Part shown: positions 46,089 through 57,061 of the stretch, one piece after another | Layout: every line of letters starts with the position of its first letter | Numbering within the stretch: the stretch's first letter is position 1 | Source of the DNA: Candidatus Nomurabacteria bacterium | GTDB lineage: Bacteria; Patescibacteriota; Minisyncoccia; Phycocordibacterales; UBA9973 | Direction of reading: 5' to 3' | Assembly: GCA_943350875.1 (NCBI GenBank) | Contig: CALRAL010000001.1 | Span: 4,829-68,828 of the forward strand | Length of the DNA: 64,000 nt | Translations under genes and position numbers: made by a program | Notes under the pieces: model-generated | What the model was told of the DNA's origin: nothing | The model's input: only the letters and a program-made list of their open reading frames with translations | Database searches by the model: none

Positions 46089-47254
46089 TGAGAAAAAGAA
46101 TTTATTTTATTTTAATTATTTTAGCTTTAGCTTTTTTGCTGTTTATAATTTTTTCTATTGTGCCAGAGTTTTTTGGTGCCGGAATTGTTTCTTACAAAAA
46201 AAGGGAAGTGATAAAAGAGATGATTAAAAAAGTGGTAGAACATAAATTACCTCCTCTTGACACTGTGCTTTATGATAAGAAAATGCTTGTTTTAGCAAAC
46301 AATCCTGTGCCTAAGGTAGTGGTGCCAAAAGTGCCCAAAACAGTGAAAAAGGTCAAAGCTGGCAAAACAGCAGTATCAGCTGTTTTGCCAGCTCCCGAGC
46401 CTGTTCCAACGCCTTCACCTGCCCTCAAACCCACGCTTTGGCCTGTAAAGACCATGTATCCCCTCGCTGGGGCAATATTGCCATTTAGCCGAATAGTCGC
46501 TTATTATGGCAATTTATACTCAAAAGGGATGGGTGTTTTGGGTCAATATTCAACAGATGAGATGCTTTCTCAGCTCGATGTAGAGGTGAAGAAATGGAAA
46601 CTTGCCGACCCGAGCACTCCTGTCATTCCAGCACTTCATTACATAACAGTTGTAGCTCAAGGTAATGCAGGAGCCGATGGAAAATATCGATCTAGGATGC
46701 CATACAGTGAAATAGATAAAGTGTTAGAAATTGCTAAAAAAGTGAATGCTATTCTATTTCTAGATGTGCAAGTTGGGTTTAGCACTCTAGAGAATGAGCT
46801 TCCACTTTTAGAAAAATATTTAAAATTACCACAGGTCCACCTAGGAATAGATCCAGAATTTTCCATGAAGGGGACTATTCGCCCGGGGAAGATAGTAGGG
46901 ACGTATGATGCGTCTGATATAAATTATGCGATAGATTTTTTAGCTAAAATTGTAAAAGATAATAATTTAACCCCAAAAATACTTGTAGTGCATCGTTATA
47001 CAGAAAAAATGGTGACGAATTATAAAAATATAAAGCCAGTGCCTGAGGTAGAAGTAGTGATGAATATGGATGGGTGGGGGGTGAAGGCGAAAAAGTTGAA
47101 TACCTATAAAGAATTTGTATATAAACAACCAGTGCAGTTTACAGGTTTTAAATTATTTTACAAAAATGATGTTTTGACGCCAGGTACTGTACTATTTACT
47201 CCCGAAGAATTACTCAAACTAAACCCTCGTCCGATATATATACAATATCAGTAG
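46088..47254 (+). CDS. Secreted hypothetical protein
   Basis: N-terminal TM, Pro-rich linker, RIVAYYG, LGIDPEF, MDGWG, GFKLFY. Confidence 0.7.
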   Translation: MRKRIYFILIILALAFLLFIIFSIVPEFFGAGIVSYKKREVIKEMIKKVVEHKLPPLDTVLYDKKMLVLANNPVPKVVVPKVPKTVKKVKAGKTAVSAVLPAPEPVPTPSPALKPTLWPVKTMYPLAGAILPFSRIVAYYGNLYSKGMGVLGQYSTDEMLSQLDVEVKKWKLADPSTPVIPALHYITVVAQGNAGADGKYRSRMPYSEIDKVLEIAKKVNAILFLDVQVGFSTLENELPLLEKYLKLPQVHLGIDPEFSMKGTIRPGKIVGTYDASDINYAIDFLAKIVKDNNLTPKILVVHRYTEKMVTNYKNIKPVPEVEVVMNMDGWGVKAKKLNTYKEFVYKQPVQFTGFKLFYKNDVLTPGTVLFTPEELLKLNPRPIYIQYQ

Positions 47255-47277
47255 AAAGTAGTATAATGTATAGCATT

Positions 47278-47487
47278 ATGGAAAATATAAATTTAAATAA
47301 AAACACTAAGAAGAAGGCCTTTTTAGATTATTCTGAAGGAGGAAAAGAAAGGTTAAAAAATTCGATCCGTGAAAAACAAAGACTTGGTATTAATTTCACT
47401 AAAGAAGAAAGTGATTTTTGGGAGGCAGATAAAGCTTTCTTTGATAATGATGACCAGCCTTATCACTATCATGGCAAGCATCATTAA
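47278..47487 (+). CDS. Small hypothetical protein
   Basis: ~69-aa ORF filling the intergenic space after a TATAAT. Confidence 0.45.
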   Translation: MENINLNKNTKKKAFLDYSEGGKERLKNSIREKQRLGINFTKEESDFWEADKAFFDNDDQPYHYHGKHH

Positions 47488-47491
47488 TTAT

Positions 47492-47872
47492 ATGGAATCA
47501 GATAAAGAAGAAAAGGCTTGGCGGGAGGTGAAGAAAAGTGAAAGGTTTAAAAACGCATTTAGGGGTTTGCGAGTTTTGAGTGCGACAACTAGGCATCTAT
47601 GGGTGCATGTATTTTTTACTGTATTGGCTGTAGTTTTTGGATTTTGTTTTAATATTTCTAGTTTTGAATGGATAGTAATTATTTTTTCTATTGGTTTTGT
47701 CTTTGTGACAGAAGCGGTAAATACAGCCATAGAGATAGACATAGATCTGACTTCTCCAGAATATCATCCATACGCTAGAGACACTAAAGACGTCGCTGCG
47801 GGGGCAGTATTGCTCTCTGTTTTTACTGCAGTAACAGTCGGACTCATTATTTTCCTGCCTAAAATTTTTTAA
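47492..47872 (+). CDS. dgkA: Diacylglycerol/undecaprenol kinase
   Basis: EAVNTAIE, KDVAAGAVL. Confidence 0.85.
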   Translation: MESDKEEKAWREVKKSERFKNAFRGLRVLSATTRHLWVHVFFTVLAVVFGFCFNISSFEWIVIIFSIGFVFVTEAVNTAIEIDIDLTSPEYHPYARDTKDVAAGAVLLSVFTAVTVGLIIFLPKIF

Positions 47873-47873
47873 G

Positions 47874-47898
47874 AATATCAAGGGTAGTCCTTGATATT
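47874..47898. repeat. Dispersed RAYT-type REP
   Basis: aatatcaagggtagtccttgatatt, same family as the copies at 61072, 61781 and 62476. Confidence 0.8.
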
Positions 47899-47935
47899 TT
47901 ATTGTTATTTTTTAATTTGGTGCTATAATTTCCTT

Positions 47936-48361
47936 ATGGAAAATCAAAAATTAAATGTAGTTTTTATTATTATTTTTGTTCTAATTTTAGGAGGGGTTTT
48001 AACTTTTGTCTCAAAAAGAGGAGGAGATGCCAGTGGTGTGCCAGATGGTAAATATGATACATTTGCCCAATGTTTGAAAGACAAGGGTGCTACTTTTTAT
48101 GGCGCTTTTTGGTGTCCACATTGCCAAGCACAGAAGAAGCTTTTTGGTTCAGCTTATAAATTATTAAATTATGTTGAATGTTCTACGGCTGATGGTAATG
48201 GTCAGACACAGATATGTAAAGATAAAAAGATAGCAAGTTACCCAACTTGGGAATTAAAAGATGGTACTCGTTTACCGGTAGAGAATAGTGCTGGAGTGAC
48301 ACTCGAAACATTGGCACAAAAAACTTCTTGTGAACTTCCACCAGAAGGTGCTACAAAATAA
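47936..48361 (+). CDS. Thioredoxin-like protein (VKOR-partner type)
   Basis: FYGAFWCPHC, YVEC, SYPTW. Confidence 0.85.
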   Translation: MENQKLNVVFIIIFVLILGGVLTFVSKRGGDASGVPDGKYDTFAQCLKDKGATFYGAFWCPHCQAQKKLFGSAYKLLNYVECSTADGNGQTQICKDKKIASYPTWELKDGTRLPVENSAGVTLETLAQKTSCELPPEGATK

Positions 48362-48362
48362 T

Positions 48363-48908
48363 ATGCCAGAATATGTACATATTTTTAATTTGATTTTCGG
48401 TTATGGGGCAATAGTGGCACAGGTTTTATGTTTACTTGTTTTATTCTTATTATTTTTTGGTCCCAAAGAGAATAAATTACTTACTATTATTAAAGAGAAT
48501 TTTGTAACGATTGGATTTATTTTTTCACTACTTATTGCTTTATCTTCATTATTCTATTCCCAAATAGTAGGTTTTGCGCCATGTGCTCTGTGTTGGTGGC
48601 AAAGAGTATTTATCTTCCCGCAAGTTTTTCTTTTTGGGGTAGCATATTTCAAAAAGGATAAAGGAATTTTAAGTTATTCTTTTCCTTTACTCATAACAGG
48701 TATGGTGATAGCTTTTTACCACAATTATATTTACTATTTTGGTGAGGGATTAGCACCTTGTGATTCTTCTGGAGTGTCTTGTGTTCAACGTTTAGTAAAC
48801 GAAATGGGTGGGTACATATCTATCCCATCTTTGTCACTTACGAGTTTTGTTATTTTAATTACTATTTTACTTGTTGTTAAGTTTTACAAAAAAGAGAATG
48901 TTTTGTAA
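48363..48908 (+). CDS. dsbB: Disulfide bond formation protein B
   Basis: PCALCWWQR and a second Cys pair. Confidence 0.85.
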   Translation: MPEYVHIFNLIFGYGAIVAQVLCLLVLFLLFFGPKENKLLTIIKENFVTIGFIFSLLIALSSLFYSQIVGFAPCALCWWQRVFIFPQVFLFGVAYFKKDKGILSYSFPLLITGMVIAFYHNYIYYFGEGLAPCDSSGVSCVQRLVNEMGGYISIPSLSLTSFVILITILLVVKFYKKENVL

Positions 48909-49535
48909 ATGAATTCTTTTACTAAAGAAGAAAAAAAGTTAATGCAGAAGCTAAACACTCCGGCAAAGGTGCAGGATTTCTTAAACACTTTAGAATTTAA
49001 TTTTGAGAAGCCTGCCCGCCGTGGAGGGAATGGGGAAACTCTTAAATCTCCATTATTTACTTTGAGGGCACGAAAGGCGCATTGTATGGAGGGAGCACTC
49101 CTGGGTGCTTATATCTTGTCTCTTCATGGCTATAAGCCACTTATAATGTATATACAATCTACCAAAGATGATTTTGATCATGTAATAGCAATTTTTAAAA
49201 AAGGTGGATTTTATGGAGCGCTCTCAAAGACTAATCATGCAGTACTGCGATATCGTGAGCCAGTTTACAAAAGTATTCGTGAGCTTGTGATATCGTATTT
49301 TCACGAATATTTTTTAGATAATGGTAAAAAGACTTTACGTAAATATTCTTGCTTACTAAACTTAAATATTTTTGGTTCAAAATGGGTGACAGAAGAAGGA
49401 AATTTGTGGTATATAGATAAAAAGCTAGACAAGATGAAACATTATGATATTGCTCCAAAAAAAGTTTTTAAAAATTTGCGCAAGGCAGATAAAATAGAGA
49501 TAAAAGCAGGGAAACTTGTGGAATATAAAAAATAA
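48909..49535 (+). CDS. Conserved hypothetical protein (transglutaminase-like C-H motifs)
   Basis: AHCMEGAL, DHVIA, LRYREPVY. Confidence 0.7.
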   Translation: MNSFTKEEKKLMQKLNTPAKVQDFLNTLEFNFEKPARRGGNGETLKSPLFTLRARKAHCMEGALLGAYILSLHGYKPLIMYIQSTKDDFDHVIAIFKKGGFYGALSKTNHAVLRYREPVYKSIRELVISYFHEYFLDNGKKTLRKYSCLLNLNIFGSKWVTEEGNLWYIDKKLDKMKHYDIAPKKVFKNLRKADKIEIKAGKLVEYKK

Positions 49536-49964
49536 ATGCAAAAAAATATAAAAGTAAAAGTGATGGTATTTGGGACATTTGATGGGGTACATCCTGGGCA
49601 TTTGGATTTCTTTAAACAAGCAAAAAAGTTAGCAGAAAATGCTTTCTTGACAGTGTCTATTGCTCGAGATAAAAACGTAATTAAAATAAAAAGGGAAAAA
49701 CCCATTTTAAATGAAAAAGAAAGACTTAATTTATTAAAAAAGATAGAAATAATTGATAAAGTAGTACTATCTGGTATTAAAAATCATATACCACACATAG
49801 CTGCGGAAAAACCTGCTATAATAGCCTTGGGATATGATCAAAAAGATTATGTCAGAAACTTAAAAAAAGATTTGAAAAATAAGGGAATTTTAGTAAAAAT
49901 AGTTAGGTTGAAGCCATACAAACAGACTGTTTATAAAAACCACTTGCTTAATAAAAAAAGATAA
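49536..49964 (+). CDS. Cytidylyltransferase-family protein (RibL/FAD synthase-like)
   Basis: FGTFDGVHPGH, IARD, LGYDQ. Confidence 0.8.
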   Translation: MQKNIKVKVMVFGTFDGVHPGHLDFFKQAKKLAENAFLTVSIARDKNVIKIKREKPILNEKERLNLLKKIEIIDKVVLSGIKNHIPHIAAEKPAIIALGYDQKDYVRNLKKDLKNKGILVKIVRLKPYKQTVYKNHLLNKKR

Positions 49965-49980
49965 ATATAATATAAATATT

Positions 49981-51282
49981 ATGAAAAATATAAAAGATTT
50001 TTTAACAAATAAAAATTTTATAAATGGGTTTTTGACCAGTCTTATTTCGGTTATTATTGTTTTGGGTATTGTTTCTAGTATTGTTTGGCACAATAGAGGG
50101 GATATTTTTGGATATTTTGCTAAAGAATATCTAAAAGAAACTACAGAAATCGGTTCTGGTAATAAAAATGATACAAAGAATGTTACAGAAAAAATAATTG
50201 AGAAACAATCAATATTTACACAAGAATCTTTTGTCATTGATGCAGTGAAAAAGACGAATCCAGCCGTGGTGTCTATAATCATCTCCAAAGAAGTTCCAAA
50301 GTATGAAGCTTATACAGATCCCAACCAACAGCAAAATCCTTTTGGCGATTTGTTTCCAGGTTTTAATTTCAATTTTAATATCCCACAATATCGTCAAAAT
50401 GGCACAGAGAAGAAAGACATCGGTGGTGGCTCTGGGTTCTTTGTTTCTAGCGATGGTTTGATTGTGACGAACAAACACGTAGTAGATCAAAAGGATGTAG
50501 AATACACTGTTTTTACAAATGATGGCAAAAAGCATTCTGCTAAAGTTATAGCTCGTGATCCAGTTCTCGACATTGCACTGATAAAAGTTGATGGTTCTGG
50601 TTATCCATACCTCTCACTCGGTAATTCTGATTCATTACAAATTGGGCAGAGTGTCATTGCTATAGGGAATGCGCTTGGGGAATTTCGCAATACTGTTTCT
50701 GTCGGCGTTGTTTCAGGACTGGCTCGTTCCATCACCGCTGGAGATGCTTCTGGTAAATCAGAAACCCTTGATCATGTGATCCAGACAGATGCCGCTATTA
50801 ACCCAGGGAATTCTGGTGGACCACTTTTGAATTTATCAGGACAAGTTATTGGGGTGAATGTGGCAGTGGCACAAGGATCTCAGAATATCGGCTTTGCTTT
50901 ACCTATAAATAGTGTTAAAAGCGCCATAGAATCAGTTAAATCAACTGGTAAAATAGTCCGTCCGTATCTAGGAGTCCGTTATGTGGCTATTAATGCAGAA
51001 ATGAAAGAGAAAAATAATTTGACAGTGGATTATGGAGTGCTGGTGAAAGCGGGGAGCAATCCAAATGAGTTGGCGGTCATTCCAGGGAGTCCTGCCGATA
51101 AAGCGGGGATAGTAGAGAATGACATAATACTTGAAGTAGATGCGGTAAAATTGGATGATAAAAATAGTTTGGCTTCTGTCATTAGACAAAAAAGTATTGG
51201 AAATGTTTTGAACCTAAAAATCCTGCACAAAGGTGCAGAAAAAACCGTCTCCGTCACCCTCGAAACTGCGAAGGATAATTAA
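49981..51282 (+). CDS. htrA: HtrA/DegP serine protease with PDZ domain
   Basis: TNKHV, DIA, QTDAAINPGNSGGPL. Confidence 0.92.
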   Translation: MKNIKDFLTNKNFINGFLTSLISVIIVLGIVSSIVWHNRGDIFGYFAKEYLKETTEIGSGNKNDTKNVTEKIIEKQSIFTQESFVIDAVKKTNPAVVSIIISKEVPKYEAYTDPNQQQNPFGDLFPGFNFNFNIPQYRQNGTEKKDIGGGSGFFVSSDGLIVTNKHVVDQKDVEYTVFTNDGKKHSAKVIARDPVLDIALIKVDGSGYPYLSLGNSDSLQIGQSVIAIGNALGEFRNTVSVGVVSGLARSITAGDASGKSETLDHVIQTDAAINPGNSGGPLLNLSGQVIGVNVAVAQGSQNIGFALPINSVKSAIESVKSTGKIVRPYLGVRYVAINAEMKEKNNLTVDYGVLVKAGSNPNELAVIPGSPADKAGIVENDIILEVDAVKLDDKNSLASVIRQKSIGNVLNLKILHKGAEKTVSVTLETAKDN

Positions 51283-51290
51283 CTAATACA

Positions 51291-51362
51291 ACCCTCTAAA
51301 TCCCCCTTATCAAGGGGACTTAAATAAATACCTCCCCTGACAAGGGGAGGCTAGGAGGGGTT
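51291..51362. repeat. REP-like double hairpin
   Basis: tcccccttatcaagggga and cctcccctgacaaggggagg; similar in style to the DUF559-linked repeats. Confidence 0.65.
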
Positions 51363-51438
51363 TAAGTTATGGCAGTTGACTTTCGGCTATATATATATTA
51401 GTCTTTAATTGAATAAGATTAATTGAAAGGAATCTATT

Positions 51439-51729
51439 ATGAAAAACATATGTATTATCAAGGACAGTAATACTATCCTTGGTAGTGCTAATGATTTTAT
51501 ACAACGAAAATTCCCAGAACTTATATGTGTTTCCCATTTTAATTCAGTTGATTCTTTTTTTTCGAAAGAAGGGAAAAAACAAGCTGATTTAATTTTGGTT
51601 GATGTTTTCTCAACCACACAGTATGGGTTTAGCACAGTTAGGGCATTAGCGGGATTTGGAAAATCGGTTAGCACTTTTAGCGGAATTTATGAACTTGAAA
51701 GAGAAATTAGTTCTCTGATGAATTCATAA
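51439..51729 (+). CDS. Small hypothetical protein (degenerate receiver-like)
   Basis: ICIIKD...ADLILVDV resembles a receiver domain. Confidence 0.5.
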   Translation: MKNICIIKDSNTILGSANDFIQRKFPELICVSHFNSVDSFFSKEGKKQADLILVDVFSTTQYGFSTVRALAGFGKSVSTFSGIYELEREISSLMNS

Positions 51730-51777
51730 ATATTCCAATTCAATATATAAAAAAGGGTTCAAGAAATTGAATCCTTT

Positions 51778-52926
51778 TTATTTCACATCTTTCAAACGCA
51801 GAGTCACGAAGAATCCAAAAAGCATGATGGCGCCCAAGATGTAGAAAAGGTAGCCGAAGGAAGGGACTAGGAGGAGTATTGGGATAGCGAGAAGTGGAGC
51901 GATGATAAAAGAAAGCGGGGAAGTATTTCTGAAGAAACTAATTGCATCTGCATCTTTTTCATCTTCTAATTTAAAGAAATAACTTTCGCTCAATACTTCT
52001 ATCATTGAAGCTCCTATCCTCGTGCCGAAAAGTATGATGGCCCAAGTTATCAAACTAGGCTTTTCAAAAAAAGGCATTATCAAAGTAAATATAGCTGTAA
52101 TTATAAATCCATAAAGAAGCATTTTTTTCTCACCTATTTTGTCAGATAAGCGTCCAAGAGGGAACTCTATAACTACAAAAGGAATAAGCATGATGGTGAA
52201 TATTATTCCTATTTTATCCCAACTAAATCCTAAATATTCATGTAAATATATTGGAGTGTAAATAGCCATCCAAGCGAAAAAGAATTTTAAAATAAAATTA
52301 ATTATATAAATTTTAGAGATGTTTCTATTTTTTATGAAGAATCTTACTGTTTTTAAAATAGATATTTTTTTGTATTCTGGATCTTTAAAATTTTTTAAAA
52401 ATAAAGCAAAAATTATCAAAATGAATGCCATGATGCTTGCTGATAGTAGATATATACTACTGAAAGATGCTTTATTTATGATAGGTATAGAAATAACTTG
52501 AGAAATTACCCAGCCTAGATTAAGTATGACTAAATAAAAACCTCTAGATTTACCAATCGAAGAACTTTTTGAGAAATCTTCGACAAATATATCAAACGAT
52601 GAAACTATAAGGTTTATTGATATTATATTTAATACAAAAGCTGAAATAACGACAAATACATTTTTACTAATCCCCATCAAAATAAGTGAAAGTAAAATCA
52701 ATACGCCCATAAATAAGGTGTTTTTTTTGTTACCTATTTTATTTAATAGTTTTGGCACCTCTAACATTCCCCAGATACTCAAAACAGATGCTAGTATGTA
52801 TACCAAACTTACGTAATATTTATTTATATAAATTTCTAAAAAACTGGAACTTATAAAATAAGTAAGAGAGATAGAAATAGAGAACAGAAAACCTATGAAA
52901 TATATTATAATTCTATTATTTTTCAT
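51778..52926 (-). CDS. MFS transporter
   Basis: ~12 TM helices; GRLSDKIGEK motif A. Confidence 0.88.
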   Translation of the reverse strand: MKNNRIIIYFIGFLFSISISLTYFISSSFLEIYINKYYVSLVYILASVLSIWGMLEVPKLLNKIGNKKNTLFMGVLILLSLILMGISKNVFVVISAFVLNIISINLIVSSFDIFVEDFSKSSSIGKSRGFYLVILNLGWVISQVISIPIINKASFSSIYLLSASIMAFILIIFALFLKNFKDPEYKKISILKTVRFFIKNRNISKIYIINFILKFFFAWMAIYTPIYLHEYLGFSWDKIGIIFTIMLIPFVVIEFPLGRLSDKIGEKKMLLYGFIITAIFTLIMPFFEKPSLITWAIILFGTRIGASMIEVLSESYFFKLEDEKDADAISFFRNTSPLSFIIAPLLAIPILLLVPSFGYLFYILGAIMLFGFFVTLRLKDVK

Positions 52927-52929
52927 TTT

Positions 52930-54888
52930 TTATACAGCTAAAACTACCGGGATGACGAGTGGTCTCTTGGCAGTTTTTTGATACAAGAATTTTGAAATAT
53001 TTTCACCGAGTCCAGCTTTGATATTATCAAAGTCTATAGGCTGTCCATTATACCCAGGCATTCTAGTCGTAGCGTCTTCTACTGATTTTTTGATAATGAT
53101 TCTTACTTGTCGTAAAAGCTCTTGATTTTCTTTCAGATATACAAATCCACGTGAGATAAGGTCTGGAGACTTCTTTAACTTTCCAGTATTTTGATCAACT
53201 AGCGCAATGATTACAAACATTCCATCTTGGGCGAGCATCAAACGGTCTCTGATGACCACATCCTGAGTGTCGCCGACAGAGACTCCGTCCACCATCATTG
53301 CCCCGCTAGCGGCCTTTTCTTTCCTTAAAATAATTTTTTCTCCATCAGCGGATATTTCAATAATAGAGCCATTGTCGGGAACTATTATATTTTCTTCAGA
53401 CATACCGAGCTCAAGCGCGAGTTCTTTGTGTCGGACTAGCATCGAATGCCAACCATGAATAGGTATGAAGAATTTTGGGTGAGTTTTCCGGTGGAGCCAT
53501 TTTATGTCTTCTTGGTTACCATGACCTGTAGCATGCACAAAATCTTCTCCTGAAGTACGATAGCTGATGATACGTACACCTTGTCTAGTTAATCCGTCTT
53601 TCATCTTTTGGACATCAAGTTCATTACCGGGGACGATAGATGCCGAGAGAACTATGGTGTCATCTTTATGTAAAGTGAATTTCGTATGAGTTTTATTGGC
53701 TGCTCTGTTTAGGGCTGCGAATTCTTCACCCTGTGCACCAGTCATTAGGATCAAGACTTTATTTGGAGGATAATCATTAACTTGTTCTATCGGTATAATG
53801 GTGCCCTTTTTAGGGGTGAAAAGCCCAGCTTCGATAGCTACTTCGATATTTGTTTTCATTGAACGTCCTTCTAGAGCTATCTTTTTGCCGATAGATTCTG
53901 CAAATTTGACTACATGAGCCAGACGAGTGATGTGTGAGGCAAAAGCGGCTATGATCATTCTGCCATTTACTTTTTTTATTAAGTTTTCAAGCCCTTTGTG
54001 TACTTTTTCTTCAGCTAAAGAGAATCCTTCATTTTCTATGTTTGTAGAATCTGTCATCAAGAGTAAAACTTTTGCTTTATCAAAAATAGAATATTCTTTT
54101 TCTTCTTCTTTTGAAACTATCCCATCAACTTGGTCGAGTTTGTAGTCTCCTGGGGTTACTATCCATCCATGGGGTGTTTCTATTATCACTCCCATAGAGT
54201 CTGGTACAGTGTGAGTGACTCCAAAGAATCTGATTTTTATTTTCCCACACATTATAACGTCATCTTTAGTCACGATATTTTCTTTCATAGCTGGCAGGTG
54301 GGGGAATTCTGACTGGCGTTTACGCATGAGAAGGATGGAAAGATTTCTAGAATATACAGGAGGATTTCCGATACGTGAGAGCACAAGTGGTACACCTCCT
54401 ATATGGTCGAGGTGTCCATGGGTGACAATGAGCGCACGAATTTTGTCTTTACGTTCTTCAAGGTACGTAGTATTTGGGATGACATAATCCACCCCGGGGG
54501 TTTCTTCAGTAGAGAAATGCATGCCTGCGTCGACGATGATGATGTCATCTCCTATTTCTATCGCAGTCATATTTTTACCTATTTCTTCAACTCCACCGAG
54601 TGGGATAATACGTACTACACCTTCCTCCGGTGGAGGTATTTTGGCGTCATTTACATTTTTGTATTGATTTTTATTTTGGAAAGATTGGCTCTTATTTCCA
54701 CCCCTTTTACCAAATTTAGAATATTGATAAGTAGAACCTTTTTGAGTTCTCTTCTTTTCTCCACCTTTATGAGCAAAATTGTGTCCTTTATTATTTCCCA
54801 CTGTTCCACTATTATGTGTCGCTTCATGAACTGGTTTCTTTTCATCTATGCTCATAGCAGAAAAGGGCAGTATTGATTTCTTTTTCAT
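52930..54888 (-). CDS. rnj: Ribonuclease J
   Basis: PLGGVEEIGKN, THGHLDHIGG, TGAQGE, HATGH, PIHG. Confidence 0.95.
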   Translation of the reverse strand: MKKKSILPFSAMSIDEKKPVHEATHNSGTVGNNKGHNFAHKGGEKKRTQKGSTYQYSKFGKRGGNKSQSFQNKNQYKNVNDAKIPPPEEGVVRIIPLGGVEEIGKNMTAIEIGDDIIIVDAGMHFSTEETPGVDYVIPNTTYLEERKDKIRALIVTHGHLDHIGGVPLVLSRIGNPPVYSRNLSILLMRKRQSEFPHLPAMKENIVTKDDVIMCGKIKIRFFGVTHTVPDSMGVIIETPHGWIVTPGDYKLDQVDGIVSKEEEKEYSIFDKAKVLLLMTDSTNIENEGFSLAEEKVHKGLENLIKKVNGRMIIAAFASHITRLAHVVKFAESIGKKIALEGRSMKTNIEVAIEAGLFTPKKGTIIPIEQVNDYPPNKVLILMTGAQGEEFAALNRAANKTHTKFTLHKDDTIVLSASIVPGNELDVQKMKDGLTRQGVRIISYRTSGEDFVHATGHGNQEDIKWLHRKTHPKFFIPIHGWHSMLVRHKELALELGMSEENIIVPDNGSIIEISADGEKIILRKEKAASGAMMVDGVSVGDTQDVVIRDRLMLAQDGMFVIIALVDQNTGKLKKSPDLISRGFVYLKENQELLRQVRIIIKKSVEDATTRMPGYNGQPIDFDNIKAGLGENISKFLYQKTAKRPLVIPVVLAV

Positions 54889-54968
54889 TTGTTGGCTTTT
54901 TTTGTTTTTAAAAATTAATAATTAGTTTTCCGCCCAAGGCAGCCTGTCCGCCTCGGGTGGAGATCAGC

Positions 54969-56732
54969 CTAGGGCTGATAGTTTGAAAACATTTTCCAAA
55001 CATTATCCGTTTTAGTATACCATAGATATGAGTCAAAGAACCTATCCGACGGGGATATGATGTTACCCATCTTAAATCCCTTTAGGTTTTTCGATACTAC
55101 ATATATAAAGTCTGGACTGTAGAGGAATACAGCCGGTATATCTTTCTTTATTTCATCTTCGAATTGGGCGTACTTTTTTACCCTTGCTTTTTCGTCTATG
55201 GTCACATACGCGTCTTCCAATATCTTGTCGACTTTTGTATTGGTGTACATTGCCACGTTTAGCCCTGGGTCTTTTCTCTGTGAGGAATGCCAGAATGCAA
55301 AAAGTTCTGATTCGTGATTTATGATTTGCCCAAAGAGCAAAGCATCGTATTTACGAGGACGAATGACTGATTGGTTCAAATTCCCGATATCAAAAGTTTT
55401 CACATTTACTTTTATACCTATCTCTTTTAAATTATCTTGTATTATTTCTGCTGATTTTACAAGTTCGGCTGAGTTGCCTGTGGATATTGAGAATTCTAAA
55501 CGAGAGGTAGTTTTCTTTTTCTTGGCAACAGTATTCTTTTCTAAAAATCCATCCACTCCTGTCTTCCATCCAGCTTTTGCTAAACTTGCTTGTATTTTTT
55601 GCACTTTTTCATCACGAGTAGAGTCACCGCTCTCACTACTTAATTTCAGGTAGGAGATTATACCCTCTGGTATTGGGCTATCTATGGTAGTGCCATATCC
55701 TTGCAACACCTCCTGTACTATTTTTTCTTTGTCTACTGCTTCGTTTATGGCTTTTAGAACTACTTTGTCTGTAAATATCTGATTTTGGTTTTGATTAAAG
55801 AATAATCCAAACACGCGGGGGAGTATAGAAGATTCTATTCTATAACCTTTCTCTTTTAGTATCAGAGCATCCTCAGGGGTTATAGAACTTATCTGATCTA
55901 CTTCATTATTTAAAAAGGCCGTCACTAAATCATTCTCATTTGAATAAAATCTTAAAGTTACGTTTTTGATGTATGGCTTGCCCAAAGCAAATTTCTTGAA
56001 CTGGGTTAATTCATAATAGTCTATTATTCCAGAAGATTGTTTGCTTACCTTAGAGACTTGATATGGGCCAGAACCGATGGGGTTAGTATTGGCATCGTTT
56101 AATTCTACTATTGAGTTACCCCATACGTGGAGAGGCATGATGCCGAGTGTTGTATTTTCCAAGAATGAAGAATAGGGTTGCTTCAAAGTAAACTTCACTG
56201 TCTTTTCATCCACCTTTTCGACACTTACTCCATCCCAATTACCCTTTTTGGGACTTTTTAAAACTTTGTCTTTTACTTCATTTATCGTAAATACTATGTC
56301 ATCAGCTGTGACAGGTTTGCCATCTTGGAAATAAATATTGTTTTTAAGAGTGAAAGTATAGATTAAACCATCTTTTGATATATCATATTTTTCTGCTAAG
56401 TCAGGAATCAAATTATCGTCGCTATCTTTCCTCATCAGCCCTGAGTATATAAGCGATACTAAGTCTCTATCAGCATCGGAAATAGCCAAAATTGGATTTA
56501 CAAAGCGAGGAGTGCCCACTATTCCTTCACTGATTGATCCACCTTTCATCGGTATGCTCACCATAAAAGATTGATTTACTTTTTGGAGTAGTATTATCGT
56601 GCTTATGACTAAAATAACTGCCAAAATCCAAAAACTAATCCATTCTTTTTTAGAAAAATAAGAAAAAACCGAATTTAATTCGTGTTTCTTTGGAAATTTA
56701 AAATTGCGTATATTATTATAGAATTTTTCCAT
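54969..56732 (-). CDS. ABC transporter substrate-binding protein family 5
   Basis: PDLAE, FQDGKPVTADD, PIGSGPY. Confidence 0.88.
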   Translation of the reverse strand: MEKFYNNIRNFKFPKKHELNSVFSYFSKKEWISFWILAVILVISTIILLQKVNQSFMVSIPMKGGSISEGIVGTPRFVNPILAISDADRDLVSLIYSGLMRKDSDDNLIPDLAEKYDISKDGLIYTFTLKNNIYFQDGKPVTADDIVFTINEVKDKVLKSPKKGNWDGVSVEKVDEKTVKFTLKQPYSSFLENTTLGIMPLHVWGNSIVELNDANTNPIGSGPYQVSKVSKQSSGIIDYYELTQFKKFALGKPYIKNVTLRFYSNENDLVTAFLNNEVDQISSITPEDALILKEKGYRIESSILPRVFGLFFNQNQNQIFTDKVVLKAINEAVDKEKIVQEVLQGYGTTIDSPIPEGIISYLKLSSESGDSTRDEKVQKIQASLAKAGWKTGVDGFLEKNTVAKKKKTTSRLEFSISTGNSAELVKSAEIIQDNLKEIGIKVNVKTFDIGNLNQSVIRPRKYDALLFGQIINHESELFAFWHSSQRKDPGLNVAMYTNTKVDKILEDAYVTIDEKARVKKYAQFEDEIKKDIPAVFLYSPDFIYVVSKNLKGFKMGNIISPSDRFFDSYLWYTKTDNVWKMFSNYQP

Positions 56733-56765
56733 AAAGAAGAATATCCCGAACGGTATTCTCTGGGG

Positions 56766-57005
56766 TTAGCTCTTAGCTTTCAATATTATAGCTAAAATTG
56801 CAGACAAAGCAAAAAGAATTCCACAGACAATAGATAAATAAAAGAGGAATTTTTCAAAACCTCGACGTGTATGACTAAAAGACTCAGTGCTTCCACCACC
56901 TAGAGCCCCCTCTCCGGCGGAAGATTGCTGGAGTAAAATAGCGATTATTAAGACCACTGAAAGTATGATTTCTATATATGGTAGTATTTGCTTCAATAAA
57001 ATCAT
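56766..57005 (-). CDS. secG: Preprotein translocase subunit SecG
   Basis: ILLQQ..GALGG..HTRRGFEK; 2 TM helices. Confidence 0.9.
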   Translation of the reverse strand: MILLKQILPYIEIILSVVLIIAILLQQSSAGEGALGGGSTESFSHTRRGFEKFLFYLSIVCGILFALSAILAIILKAKS

Positions 57006-57061
57006 GGGTCCATTATCGCATTTTTGCCTCCAAAATGCAAATACTGTATAATTTACATATT